This document shows positions 12,540-24,200 of a stretch of 64,000 nt of DNA, piece after piece; the first letter of the stretch is position 1; each line of letters opens with the position of its first letter. The position numbers were made by a program, and so were the translations under genes. Source of the stretch: Felis catus (lineage: Eukaryota); assembly GCF_018350175.1 (NCBI RefSeq), contig NC_058368.1, positions 182,654,001 through 182,718,000 of the forward strand, read 5' to 3'. The notes beneath the pieces were generated by a model. That model saw only the letters and a program-made list of their open reading frames with translations, did not search any database and was not told the origin of the DNA.

Positions 12540-12990
12540 GCATACTTCCCTTCCATGGTTACACTGTGCTACTAATGAAAGTCCATGACAAGGGAAATCT
12601 AGATCTGATGGTGGCTGTCTAGCTTATTTCCTGGTGACTGCCTGGTTATGGCTTCCTGACTAGTTTGGTAGCACCTCCAGCAGGTGGCTCCCCAGAGCAT
12701 TTCTCTGGATCCCAGCCAGCCTCTGCCCATGGACTACTGACCAACTCTGCTTTGGGACAATTCAGTCAACTTCCCCTGCAATAAATGAGCTACAACCACC
12801 CTCTCTCCAATACGTCTGAATCAAAAATTTGAAGAAGATTCATTTCCCCAAACATTTGTTCCTTCTTTGACTACTACTCTCCTTCAGCCCTAGAGTTTTC
12901 TTTAGTGTACTTGTTTATTCTCTTAGCTCATTTCCTATAAATTGTTAATAATTTTTATAGTAAGCCTGCCATGTTCATATTTTAAAAAAT
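12540..12990 (+). mobile_element. Old ERVL-type LTR-like segment (LTR41/LTR33-like), tentative
   Basis: Locally GC-richer block with LTR-like motifs; contains CCAGCAGGTGGC. Confidence 0.35.
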
Positions 12991-13029
12991 CTAGAGTATT
13001 TATTAATACCTGGGCAATATGGAAGCAGG

Positions 13030-13200
13030 AATTCATTCATTCATTCAATCATCCATCATTCATTCAACAAATAGTTACTGAGCAGCTGTGTCACGCACTG
13101 TTGTAGAAGTGTGAGAAAGAACAGTGAACTGGATAAAAACAAGATTCATGTGTTCATACTATAGAAGATACAAAACAAGAAAGAGTATCAACAAAAGAGT
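13030..13200 (-). mobile_element. L2 3' end
   Basis: (CATT)n CAACAAATAGTTACTGAGCA...GCACTGT. Confidence 0.75.
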
Positions 13201-13479
13201 ATTTTAGTACTTTATCAATTAGCTTAGTACACATAAAGAGTAATACATTTTGGATAGATTATCAGTGTTATAGGCACATTGTAAGACACCAATTTTTGCT
13301 TTTATTTGACCAAAAGGTATACATGTAACATTCCAAATCAGCCTATATGAACCTGAAGTTAAACACCTCTCAACTATTATCACCAACTATTAACACCTCT
13401 CAACTCTGTGTTTTTAGGAATCTTTTTAATAAAGTTTTTAATACAACTTGTTTAGCAGTTTTTTATCTTAATTAAAAAG

Positions 13480-13714
13480 TTTTTTTTTTTCTGATGTTTA
13501 GTTTTGAGAGAGAGAGAGAGAGAGAGTGAGTGAGTGAGAAGGGGAGGGGCAGAGAGAGCCGGAGACATAAAATTGGAAGCAGGATCCAGGCTCTGAGCTG
13601 TCAGCATGAAGCCCGACGTGGGACTAGAACTCATGAACCATGGTTGTGGTTCCTAAGCTGAAGGAACCTGAGCTGAAGTTGGACGCTTAATTGACTGAGC
13701 CACCCAGGCACTCC
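13480..13714 (-). mobile_element. Can-SINE
   Basis: Antisense head ACTGAGCCACCCAGGCACTCC, (AG)n tract and poly-T. Confidence 0.93.
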
Positions 13715-13809
13715 TGTCTTAACTCAATTTTAAAGACTAGTTAAATACTTAACAGTTGTCGGCATTTTTTTTTTGGAGAAATAATGATGTTGTTATATGC
13801 AAAACTCAG

Positions 13810-14270
13810 TAAATGTGTCTATAAAAAAACTTTTAAACTTTATTGTATATTTCTGAAAAAATGAAGCAGCAAAACTTTACTATATATCCCAGATTTGGTC
13901 TAATTCCCATGAAACAAGGGAGCACAACATCCTTGGGATAAAATATTGGTCTTGGTAAAAGTCAGCCTCTTATTAGCTTTCTTGGTTCCTGTATAATGCA
14001 ATGAAAATTCAGATGTCGGATCTAGTTATTTGTCCTTATCTCTTCACCCCTGTTAACTAATTCACTGCCATTTAAATTGAACTTAGCTTGGTGCTTTCCC
14101 CGCACATGCACGACTTGACATTTACACTCATTAAAGTTCATATTCCACCCCTGAACCCTTTAGCAAAGGACTTTCTACAAAACAACTCGACTTTTTGTTG
14201 TTGTCGTCGTCACTCCATTAATTTTATTTCCAACTGTACGTCTGACAACATTTATTTAAACAACGTATTA
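13810..14270 (-). mobile_element. CR1/L3-clade LINE fossil (RT C-terminal region)
   Basis: Minus-strand translation across frameshifts: WNMNFNECKCQVVHVRGK...LNGSEL...EE / KKANKRLTFTKTNILS / DVVLP..IRPNLGYIVKFC. This matches the CR1 ORF2 motifs WxMxFNxxKCxVxH, KANxxLG and RPHLEYCVQFW. Confidence 0.8.
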
Positions 14271-14425
14271 CTATAAGCTATTACAATTAGGAGTTATCTG
14301 AACTTCAGTCTTCAAGTGCAGGGGGCTTTGTTTTAAACACAGAGAAAAATTCAATGAGTCATAAAACCACAATAAATTGTCCCCATTTTAGAAGTTTAGA
14401 AGACTGTATAAAATTCAGACTTGTA

Positions 14426-14648
14426 GGGGCGCCTGGATGGCGCAGTCGGTTAAGCGTCCGACTTCAGCCAGGTCACGATCTCACGGTCCCTGAGTTCGAG
14501 CCCCGCATCAGGCTCTGGGCTGATGGCTCGGAGCCTGGAGCCTGTTTCCGATTCTGTGTCTCCCTCTCTCTCTGCCCCTCCCCCGTTCATGCTCTGTCTC
14601 TCTCTGTCCCAAAAAATAAATAAAAACGTTGAAAAAAAAATTTAAAAA
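14426..14648 (+). mobile_element. Young felid Can-SINE with TSD
   Basis: CpG-rich, near-intact copy; perfect TSD AAAATTCAGACTTGTA at 14410-14425 and 14649-14664. Confidence 0.97.
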
Positions 14649-15618
14649 AAAATTCAGACTTGTAAAAGTTTGGGAGGGAAAAATGAGAAAGGCCTTGCTA
14701 TCTAAATTCAGTTAATTTTAATAGTCATAACATGATTTATTTCCCATGAATCTATGCTATGCTCTATCTAATGAACTATACTGAACAATCATTTTGAAAA
14801 TACATTACTGAGGCCTGTGTGTATTATCCAATAAATGCTATGGTTACAACATATTTTTTTAATGTGACATTTAGCATTGTTTAATTTTTTAAAATTTTAA
14901 TAAAAAATAATTGAAATGTGGTTTATACTTACATTTTATTCTTGCTGAGCAGCCGTTTGCCAGCAAAAAGACTTACAACCCATGAAAATGTAGGTTTAGT
15001 CTTTTTGGTATGTATGAGATTGGAGATTATGTTATCTGGGTATCTGAAAATCCTTTACCCAATACATTTAAAATTAATCTTAATCATATTCAGCTAAGTG
15101 AGATCTTGCCCTCATTATTCCTAAAAACATACATGCATATACTTGTATTTTTTTTAAATTGGCAAAATGAAGGAAAATTTCATTTTCCCCTCTAGTAAAG
15201 ATGGCTATTGTATGATATTCATTCTTAGTTGAACATTTTTCTTTCCAAGGTTTTGGTCCTATAATTCATATTTAAAATATTTTCATACCAAGCTAAATAT
15301 TGCATGCTATTGGTACTATATTTTCCATCAATGCCCTTTGAATACATTATATACACTAGCCAAATTTTATTTTACAATGCTCTTAATATTGGAGCAGTTT
15401 ATTGCCCCTTAGAGGTTTTTTGTGGAGCTAGGGTTTACTAACAATTAGCTTTAAAAATCTGCCACACATAAAAATATTTATGCTTAGTTTACATATACTC
15501 CCCTGGAGATAGACAGATAAGACTGTATGTACTCCCCCTGAGATAACTCTGCATGTCATTACATTTTAACCATCTTTATATTGATAGCAATTCTTCTCTG
15601 GCTTATTCTGAAGGAAAA

Positions 15619-15666
15619 CATGCGCGCGCTCGCGCGCACACACACATACACACACACACACACACA
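15619..15666. repeat. (GC)n/(CA)n alternating purine-pyrimidine tract
   Basis: CATGCGCGCGCTCGCGCGCACACACACATACACACA... Confidence 0.95.
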
Positions 15667-16789
15667 TTCTTTTATTAAAAGAGCATCAGCATATGCTGAT
15701 TTACCTATAGCTTTGCTTCTAGTCATTCATATGCACACCCACATTCACACCTTCACTCTACTGACTACTGTCAAAAGGACATTATTTTCAGCAGGAAGAA
15801 CAAGCATGGATCATTTTTAAGAATTTTTCCAGTTCTGTTTGGAAAGGAAGACATATGTTGGTCCAAGCAAATGAAATCCCCTTCCAGCAGCATTATCTTA
15901 AAATACTGATGGAGAAGGCAAACAATGACAAATTTAAAAACAAACAAACAAACAAAAACCAGACAACCTTCAAGCATACCACCATCCAGTGGAAACATTT
16001 GTGACCCTCTGTGACTCTTCTATGAGAGAGAAGATACATTATAGGGATTACTCACCACAGATTTTAAAATTTACAGAGTAAATGTATTCATTATTCAATC
16101 TGCTTCTTCTCCATGTACAGGCATGAGCAGGATTAAATGCCTCTATTTTAAAAAAGTATGTTATTAAAAATATATTACATGCTAAATTAATAGTTAAATG
16201 CAGAATGCTACTATTCAAATGATAGTTAATTTCAGAACCTTTATAGTTTCAAACATCACTCTTTAAATATATTTCAAAAATGGGACATCTCATTATCAAT
16301 AAAGAAACAAATGGAATATTTATGAATCCCCCCACAAGCCAAATTAGAAAAAATCTAACTTATCAATTGGAAAGTTGAAAATAAATAATTGAAAAGATAG
16401 TTGTCATCAAACTGGAATACTCATGATTTTGTGTGTGTGTTTCTACTCTAATTTAAAGAAAAAAGAAAAAAAAACTGTTGGAGAAAAAAATGAAGCATCT
16501 ATCTAAATCCTGGCATGTTTTTTATAACATGCAGACTGTAACCACATAGGAGAGGCAGTGCCTCATATAGTGGAGAGGAACTGAAACATGAGTATATCAC
16601 TTGATCGGCCATTCTGGGTCTATCACTCACTGGTTGTGCGATGTGGGGCCAGTGCCTCAATGTTTCTTTTTATAATTAGTCAAAAGCAGTGATCCTAGGG
16701 CATAATGTATGCTCAATCGTTACATTAAAGGAATTACTTTGTGTGAGGAAAGAAATGGAGGAAATTTGAGAAAATATGGAGGATATTTT

Positions 16790-16964
16790 TTTAAATGTTT
16801 ATTTATTTTTGAGAGAGACAGAGAAAGAGAACACAGATGCAGAAGTGGGGGAGGGGCAGAGAGAGAGAGAGAGAGAGAGAGAGGATTCAAAGTAGGCTCT
16901 GTGCTGAGAGTGGAAAGCCTGATGCGGGCCTCCAACTCATGAACCTGAGCCACCCAAGGCGCCC
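16790..16964 (-). mobile_element. Can-SINE with internal deletion
   Basis: TCATGAACCTGAGCCACCC junction lacks the usual middle of the head; degenerate TSD GAGGAYATTTT. Confidence 0.9.
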
Positions 16965-17539
16965 TATCGAGGACATTTTAAAAGTCACATCTGTTGTTTT
17001 GAAGATTTGATTTTATTGGGCTTTATGAAATGGCAGCTGTGTCCAGGGAAGTGACTTTTACATGTTTAAAGTAGACTCACTTGCCAAGAGTTGAGGGATT
17101 ATCTGGTAAGATTGTATCTAAAGAATATGAAGACTTTTAAAACCTATGAATTTCTAACTGTTCATTTTGAACACAGGAAAATATAAAGAGGTATCATGAG
17201 CCAGCATCAATTCCGGAACTCATTCTTGCTCCCCAGGACTATTTCTGAGGCAGAAAACAGAGACACTGATAGTGACATGAAGCTGGAAAAGCATGGAATA
17301 GATTATCAAAGATCTTGAATTCCATCCTCGGGCTTTAAGATTTAATTCTGAAGGTAATACAAACTTCTCTCCTCACTGGAGAAATACTCAAACTGACCCA
17401 ACTTCTAAAATGTAAACATTTCGCCCATGAACAGGGTGGCTTAAAGAGGGTTAAGAGTTCAATCCTAAGGAGTGGTGAATTTAAAAGGACACTGAAGGCC
17501 TAAATGAAAGCAGTTTGTAAATATCAAAGGAAAACTTTA

Positions 17540-18064
17540 AATAAGAGACAGCCGCTAAGATAGCTCCTAATGACTACTGCCCTCTGACTGACATCCACGC
17601 TTTTATGTAATAGTGTCTCCTGAAGAGAGAGCTGAACTTCCGGAATCTTTTCTATAAACAGAATATGGCAGGTATGACTGGATGGATTAGAAAAGAGTAT
17701 GAATTTTGTCCTGGGTGCCCACTTTTGCTCTTTCTTGGACTCTTGCCCTGAGGGAAGGCGATTGCCATGCTGTGATGCAACCCTGTGAAGAGGCCCAAGT
17801 AAGAAAGGAATGAGATTTGCCAACAACCACGCGTGCAAATTTGGAAGAAACTTCTCCTAACCCTGGTTGAACCTTCAGAGGAGACCACAGTTCAGGTGAC
17901 ATGACGGCTGAATTGCAACCTTAAGAGAGAATTTGAGCCAGAGGCATCATGTTATGATATACTGGCTTCCTTTACTCACAGAAACTGTGAGATAACATGG
18001 AGTTGTTGTTTTAAGCCAGTAAGTTTGGAGGTGATTTGTTTTGCAGCAATAGATAACCGATACA
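17540..18064 (+). mobile_element. MLT1 (MaLR) LTR
   Basis: 3' terminus TTTTAAGCCAGTAAGTTTGGAGGTGATTTGTTTTGCAGCAATAGATAACCGATACA. Confidence 0.85.
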
Positions 18065-18264
18065 GAGAGAAATTTAACACTGAAAACGTAAAGATAATAA
18101 CAATGATAAGGGCTAACATTTCTTAATTTCTACTCTGTTGCATGTATCATATGAAGGGAAATAGAAACAATAGGTAAATATTACCGGGATTATACAAATA
18201 AAATGTTATAAGTAATGTAAAGCCAGTGATGCTCCAAGAGTCAAGGGAAGAGAGGATGAGAAGG

Positions 18265-19333
18265 GTTGATTCTCATACCCATTCTTATGTGTGGGTTTTC
18301 TTCCCCCCACACCAAGCAAATTGGTGACACTAGCTGGGTGTCCTACAATCTGACTCACTTCTGAAGCGCTCTACCTGGAGACAGCATCAGATCGCACAGG
18401 TTAAGGGTTCAGTTCCACTGGACCTCCCTCCTATACTGCAGATACCCATCACAAGTCCAAATTGTCACCTGTGTTTCTGACCTACTGGCTACTGATTAGA
18501 GGTTCCAAGGACACCCTGTGTGGGTTTGATGAATTTGCTAGAACAGCTTATAGAACTCACAGAAACATTTTACTTCCTACATTTCTGATTTATTATAAAA
18601 GGGTATTGCTTAGGAATACCCAGATAGAAGAGATGCAGACGGCAAGTTATGGAAAAAGGAGTGCGGAGCTCCCAACCTATTTGAGTAAGGCTCTGTCCCT
18701 GATCTTCTGTGTGTTCACTAACCCAGAAACTTTCCAAGTCTTGGCCTTTTGGCTATTTATGGAGGCTTTAATACACAGACATGCTTGATCAAATCATTGA
18801 CAGGGGGCAATCGGTTTAACTTCCAGCCCTTCTGCCCTGAGGTCAGGGAGGTGAGACAGAAAGATGCAACTCTCCAGTCACATGGTTGGTTCTCCTGGTG
18901 ACAAGACCCCATCCTTGGGTGCTTTCCAAAAATAACCTCATTAGCATAAACTCAGGTATGATTATAAGGGTTTATTATGAGTATTAAGACATCTTTATCC
19001 CTGTAATTGCTTAGGAAATTCCAACTGTTTTAGGAGCTCTGTGCTAGAAAAGGGGACCAAGAGGGGCGCCTGGGTGGCTCAGTCGGTTAAGCAGCCGACT
19101 TCAGCTCAGGTCACGATCTTGCGGTTTGTGAGTTCAAGTCCCGCGTCAGGCTCTGTGCTGACAGCTCAGAGCCTGGAGCCTGTTTCAGATTCTGTGTCTC
19201 CCTCTCTCTGACCCTCCCCCGTTCTGTGTCTCTCTGTCTCAAAAATAAATAAACATTAAAAAAAATAAAAAAAAAAAAGAAAAGGGGACCAAGACCAAAC
19301 AAATATGTATTTATTACAAATCACCATATCATA
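18265..19333 (-). mobile_element. MER21-like/carnivore ERV LTR interrupted by a Can-SINE
   Basis: AGCTGGGTGTCCTACAAT...CTACCTGGAGACAGCATCAGATC, GAATTTGCTAGAACAGCT, CATTAGCATAAACTCAGG motifs. Confidence 0.7.
19063..19277 (+). mobile_element. Can-SINE with TSD
   Basis: Perfect 17-bp TSD AGAAAAGGGGACCAAGA at 19046-19062 and 19278-19294. Confidence 0.97.
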
Positions 19334-19437
19334 GAAAGATTAAACATATTATAGAGAAGAAGAAAATGGGGTAGGCAAATAAAAACAGGAGGTAAAGAAA
19401 AACTATTTCAGTGCATGAGTTTATAATAAATTAATTT

Positions 19438-19643
19438 CTTAAGTTTATTCATTTTGAGAGAGAGAGTGAATGCATATGCACATGAGCTGGAGAGAGGCAG
19501 AGAGACGGAGAGAGAATCCCAAGCAGCCTCTGCCCTGTCAGCATATAGCCCAACGTGAGGCATGATCCCAGGAACCATGATATCCTGACCTCAGCTGAAA
19601 TCAACAGTTGGAGGCTTAACTGACTGAGCCACGCTGGCACCCC
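19438..19643 (-). mobile_element. Can-SINE (older) with TSD
   Basis: TSD ATAAKAAATTAATTT on both sides. Confidence 0.92.
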
Positions 19644-19959
19644 ATAAGAAATTAATTTAAAGCTTATTGAAGCAATGTGATTTTATTTCATTATTGGAAA
19701 AAATTAAGTGTATATGTATAAAATAACTATAAAAATACTTTATATAATTTAAAAAGCTGAAAACCAAATGGAGATTATTTGAAGAAATTAAAAAGTTAAA
19801 TTCTCTATAACAAACAGGCAAAGCATTATACATTTTTTTACTTTATGTCTTTCCAACATTTTCCTATTTCCTCTAACTTGAACTTTATTATCTTGATTTG
19901 AAAAGAATAAATCTGTTAGCAGCAGATCATTTATTATTTTATGAGCCAAGAGAATGACA

Positions 19960-20200
19960 AGAAGAGCCAACATTTTGACCACTTCCAATGTGCCAGGCAC
20001 AGCCTTGGCTGGTTTAAATATCATCTCATTTATTTCTTGCTTCAATGAGCTATGGGTTTGGTATATCATCCCCATTGTAAAGATAAGAAAACAAAAAGCT
20101 GGGGATTTTAAATACTATGCCTGAGGTCTCATAGTTACCAAAGGTCAAATGTACTGAAAATCTTGGCCTGTGATTTCCAAACACTCCTTCCAATCTACCA
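19960..20200 (-). mobile_element. MIR SINE
   Basis: ATGTGCCAGGCACAG...ATCATCCCCATTGTAAAGATAAGAAAAC. Confidence 0.75.
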
Positions 20201-21674
20201 TGTCGCCTCATTCCGCAACTGAGATGATCGATCTATAACTTCCATTTGAGCAGCGAAGGGCTATGGTCACCTATCTTTCTACATCATGTTTTCTCATGCA
20301 GTTTTAATAATTTTTAAGGGAACTTTCATCTTGCTGAATCACTTCTTCACCTAAACAATGTCCCTATTCCATGGATTGCTTCCTGAGTTATTTTGCTTTA
20401 TATACACCATTCACAGTCCTCTAAACCCATTTAATATATTTTCTTAAGAAAGTAGCCATTATCTTAAAGATCATAGCCTGATTCTACGTTCTATGTCACT
20501 TAATCCACTGACTCATGTATCACTCTCATGAGTGAGAATGACTTGCGAGAATGCTTGATATTTGAACTGGCCTCCCATTTTTCAGAGTCACAAGTGATCT
20601 CTCTTTAGATTTAAAAGTAATCACTTAATATGCAGGGCTCATTAAAACCTCCTACTTTCTAAGTTGCACCTTTTGTAATCCTAACCCCCGGTGTGCTGAC
20701 CAAACCACAAGTGATCTTCACCTTTCTACCTTCATTAAGCTCAGGCACATTCTGGGCAATTTCTGCCTAATTGCTCTTCCTCTCCTGATTACTGTCAGCT
20801 GGTGATGTTCCTTTGCTGAAGTGCAATATCAAACAGCAAACAGCACAATATACCTATTTTTTTTTACATAATCACTTTCTCTCCACCAGAATCAAGAACA
20901 TAACATGCTAAATTACCATGATTGTTGGAATATCATTTGGGAAATATAGGCTAAAAAAATGCTGGGTTTGGAGGACTACTACTGTCCAAATTGCATTTTT
21001 TGCTTTTTGTCTTTTTGTTTTAGCACATAACTATGCTACTGAGTGGAGGGAACAGCAATTCTAGCTCATTGCTAGTAGTAGGAAATCATGCAAACGCCAA
21101 GAATCTGGGGTGGATGACAATCTCTCATTTGCTTTTCTCCCACTAAAATATGTAAGTACAGAATAAGAATGTTTTATGCAAAGTGGACTAGCAATCCATG
21201 GGGTCAGTTTAGAAGAAGTAACTGTAGTTGAAGGGAAACATGTTCATTTCCAAGAATAGTCTTTTCTCCCCTACCTCCCCCCCCCCCGCCTTTTTTTTTC
21301 TTTCTATTCTTTGTTGCCTTGCTCCCTTTGTTTCAACCTAGATACTATAATCTGACATTTGTCCAACCACTGAATGCTCTCTGATGTAGCCTTTTTGCTC
21401 TGGTAGACATTTGTCCCTTTGGTTATTACTACACCTTCTAACCCAATCCAACACCATTTAGCGATTCCTCGATATAATGCTGGTACGCAGTGTCTATCAT
21501 TGTATCACTTCAGGAAGATCTGCATCAATAATTGGGAAATAAGAATGTGGGAAAAGACTAAAAGAGAGTTGAGCCTGGATCTGTAAGAGACAAATAACAG
21601 TATTATTGTGTAATATAACACATGAGAATAGAATAGTGGATAAAATAATTTGGATTCAAAAAAATCTGAGTTCA

Positions 21675-21805
21675 GGGGCACCTAGTTGGCTCAGTCAGTT
21701 AAGCATCTGACTTTGGGGCAGGTCATGGGTTTCAGCCATGATTCTCTCTCTTTCTCTGCCCTACCCTCTCGTACTTTCTCTCAAAAATAAATAAACTTAA
21801 AAAAA
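21675..21805 (+). mobile_element. Internally deleted Can-SINE inserted in a MIR (about 21640-22000)
   Basis: GGGGCACCTAGTTGGCTCAGTC head, short (CT)n and A tail; TSD core TGAGTTCA. Confidence 0.88.
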
Positions 21806-22294
21806 TGAGTTCAAGTGGTGGCTCTGCCAATATCTTCTTTAAATATTAGTTTACTCATATGAAATATAGGCATAGTAATATACTGTGCACCATGAGGTTA
21901 TAAGAATTCAGCGAGATTAAATGAGGTAATATTTATAAAATGCTTACAGTGCCTGATGCACAGTATATGGTCAATAAATGCTAGCTTCTATTATTTTTAT
22001 TAATTTTCATTAGTAACAACTAACAATTATATAAAGAACACTTATAATCATTTGATCATTATATCTTCACACTAAGCCTCAGAGGCATTAATATATTCCT
22101 TTTGCCAGATTTGAAACATGAGATTTTTGGAGAATGTATACACTAACACTTTTTTAATGATGATGATAAATATAATTGTTCTTCCCAAAATAACTTCCTT
22201 CTGAAAGTAAATGTAAGAGATCTTATGACCAGACCTTAAGTGAGTGTTGAAATTCTTGCATTTTATCATATATCACACATTCATTTATCAGGTG

Positions 22295-22870
22295 TAACTC
22301 ATTCATTCATTCATTTATTTATTCAACTAGTATTTAGGCACTGGTCTAGGTACTTTGGGAAGACCAATGACCAAAAAAAAAGACATCTATTTTTGCCTTC
22401 ACATGTATTCTAGAAAGCCAAACAGATGATAAATAATAAACAGAATATACCTACAAAGAATACAGTTTGGAAATAAGTGCTATAGCCAATATAGCAAAAA
22501 AACCCACAAAAGTTGATCGTAATTAGGAGACTTGTGAGTAGTGGGGGTGGGGAGAACAAGTTGCTCTATAAAGCAGGTAATCAAAGTAAGCCTTTGAAAA
22601 AGTCAGATCTGAACAGAGCAAGATGGGGGTCAAAAATAGCTGAGGGAAGACTGTTCAAGCTGGAGAAAAGGCTCTTAATTTGGATCTCACCTGGCATGTT
22701 TGAAGAACAATAAATAGAATAATGAGTGGGAACAAAGTAAGTGAGGACACAGTTGGCGATATGTTTAGAAATGTTACCAGTGATCCTTATGGACCAGTGG
22801 TAGGGATTTGATTTTCACTCTGAATAAAACAGACATCTCTTGGGGATTTTTGAGCACAGAAATGCTATTA
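22295..22870 (-). mobile_element. L2 3' region
   Basis: (CATT)n CAACTAGTATTTAGGCACTG followed by antisense L2 body. Confidence 0.7.
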
Positions 22871-23869
22871 CTTGGCATTCCACAAATGGTAATAGATTGT
22901 GTGAAGGCAATAGTTTGTCCACTGGGGCAATGTGTGGGAAGAGAAAACCTACAAATTCAAATCCAAAAAGAATAGTAGAAACATAGCCAAAACTTTAAAT
23001 ACGGTTCCAAGCAGAGTGGAAGAAGATACCTAGGCAGCACTACAGGAGACAAGGTACAAACCTAAAATAACTTAGGAATAAGGTGAACAGCCATAAAAGT
23101 TAAGCTCTGATTTAAAGTTTCAAAGTTCTTCAGAGGCCGGGTATATGAGAGTGTTGAGGACTGCAGCAAACTAAATGTTTGCTTGCCCTACCTGCGCATG
23201 CTTCCCTTATCCTGCTCCAGCCAAGCTCTTTCATAAAGAAATGGATGACCAGTGTTGCCAGCACTTCAGATTTCTTACAGAAAACTAGGAATTGAGATTT
23301 TTTTTCATGATAATTTCAAGACTTTTAAATGATGGCTGAAAAATAAATGTATCAGTGTGGGGTTAAAACCAAATGCACCTCTAAGCAGCTTATAAATGGT
23401 GAGTTGTTCATAGTCACAAGTATGGAACTCCTGTTGTACAAATAAGTATAAAAAGTGAGGTGTGGAAAAGGAGGGTGGTGTACCCATTCTGAAGACTGAC
23501 TCCCTACTCTGCTGTTCCACAAAGAGCTCTTATTTTTCAGTAAATATGACCAGAAGGCAATGCTCACTGCCTTTATTACAACATCCCTCCATTGTTCCTC
23601 CAGTATTTTTCTAACGGACTATCTCTGTCTCAAAAAAATATTATGTTGTTTTCTGTGAACATGAATTTCACATAGGGTATAAGCCACTTAGAAATGCTTT
23701 TGTTCTGGATAGATGGATACAAAAAAAAATGTGTGCTTTACTTATGACATAATTTCTGTCTGTGTTATAATGTAATTCCTGATTTTTCTTTCACCCTGAT
23801 TTCTTTTCATATTTCTGGTCGGGTTCCATCATATCCATAATTAATTTCTCTCATTTATTAGGCAGGCCA

Positions 23870-24200
23870 TCTCTCTGCCTTTCCCTCTCTTTCTTTCTGT
23901 TTCTCCAACATTGGACATTTGCTATACGCTACATTCTCTATCAGAACATTTCCAGTCCCTCTATCTGGTGAATTTCTATTCATGCTTCAGTCTTGACTCT
24001 TCAGGCTGGAAATTCTGTCTTGCTTCACAGCATTATTACTTATCACACATATTATAACTGCCTATTTTCTTATATGTATTTCCCACCATTGTATAAGCTC
24101 TGAAAGAGCTAAATCTATGTCTGTTTTCTTACTTTGTTCATCATACTAGTTTGATCTCATGACTCAGTATCTGTACATAGTATATGCTGAATTAGTATTA
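23870..24200 (+). mobile_element. L2 3' region, degraded
   Basis: TGTATAAGCTCTGAAAGAG...ACATAGTATATGCT. Confidence 0.5.
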
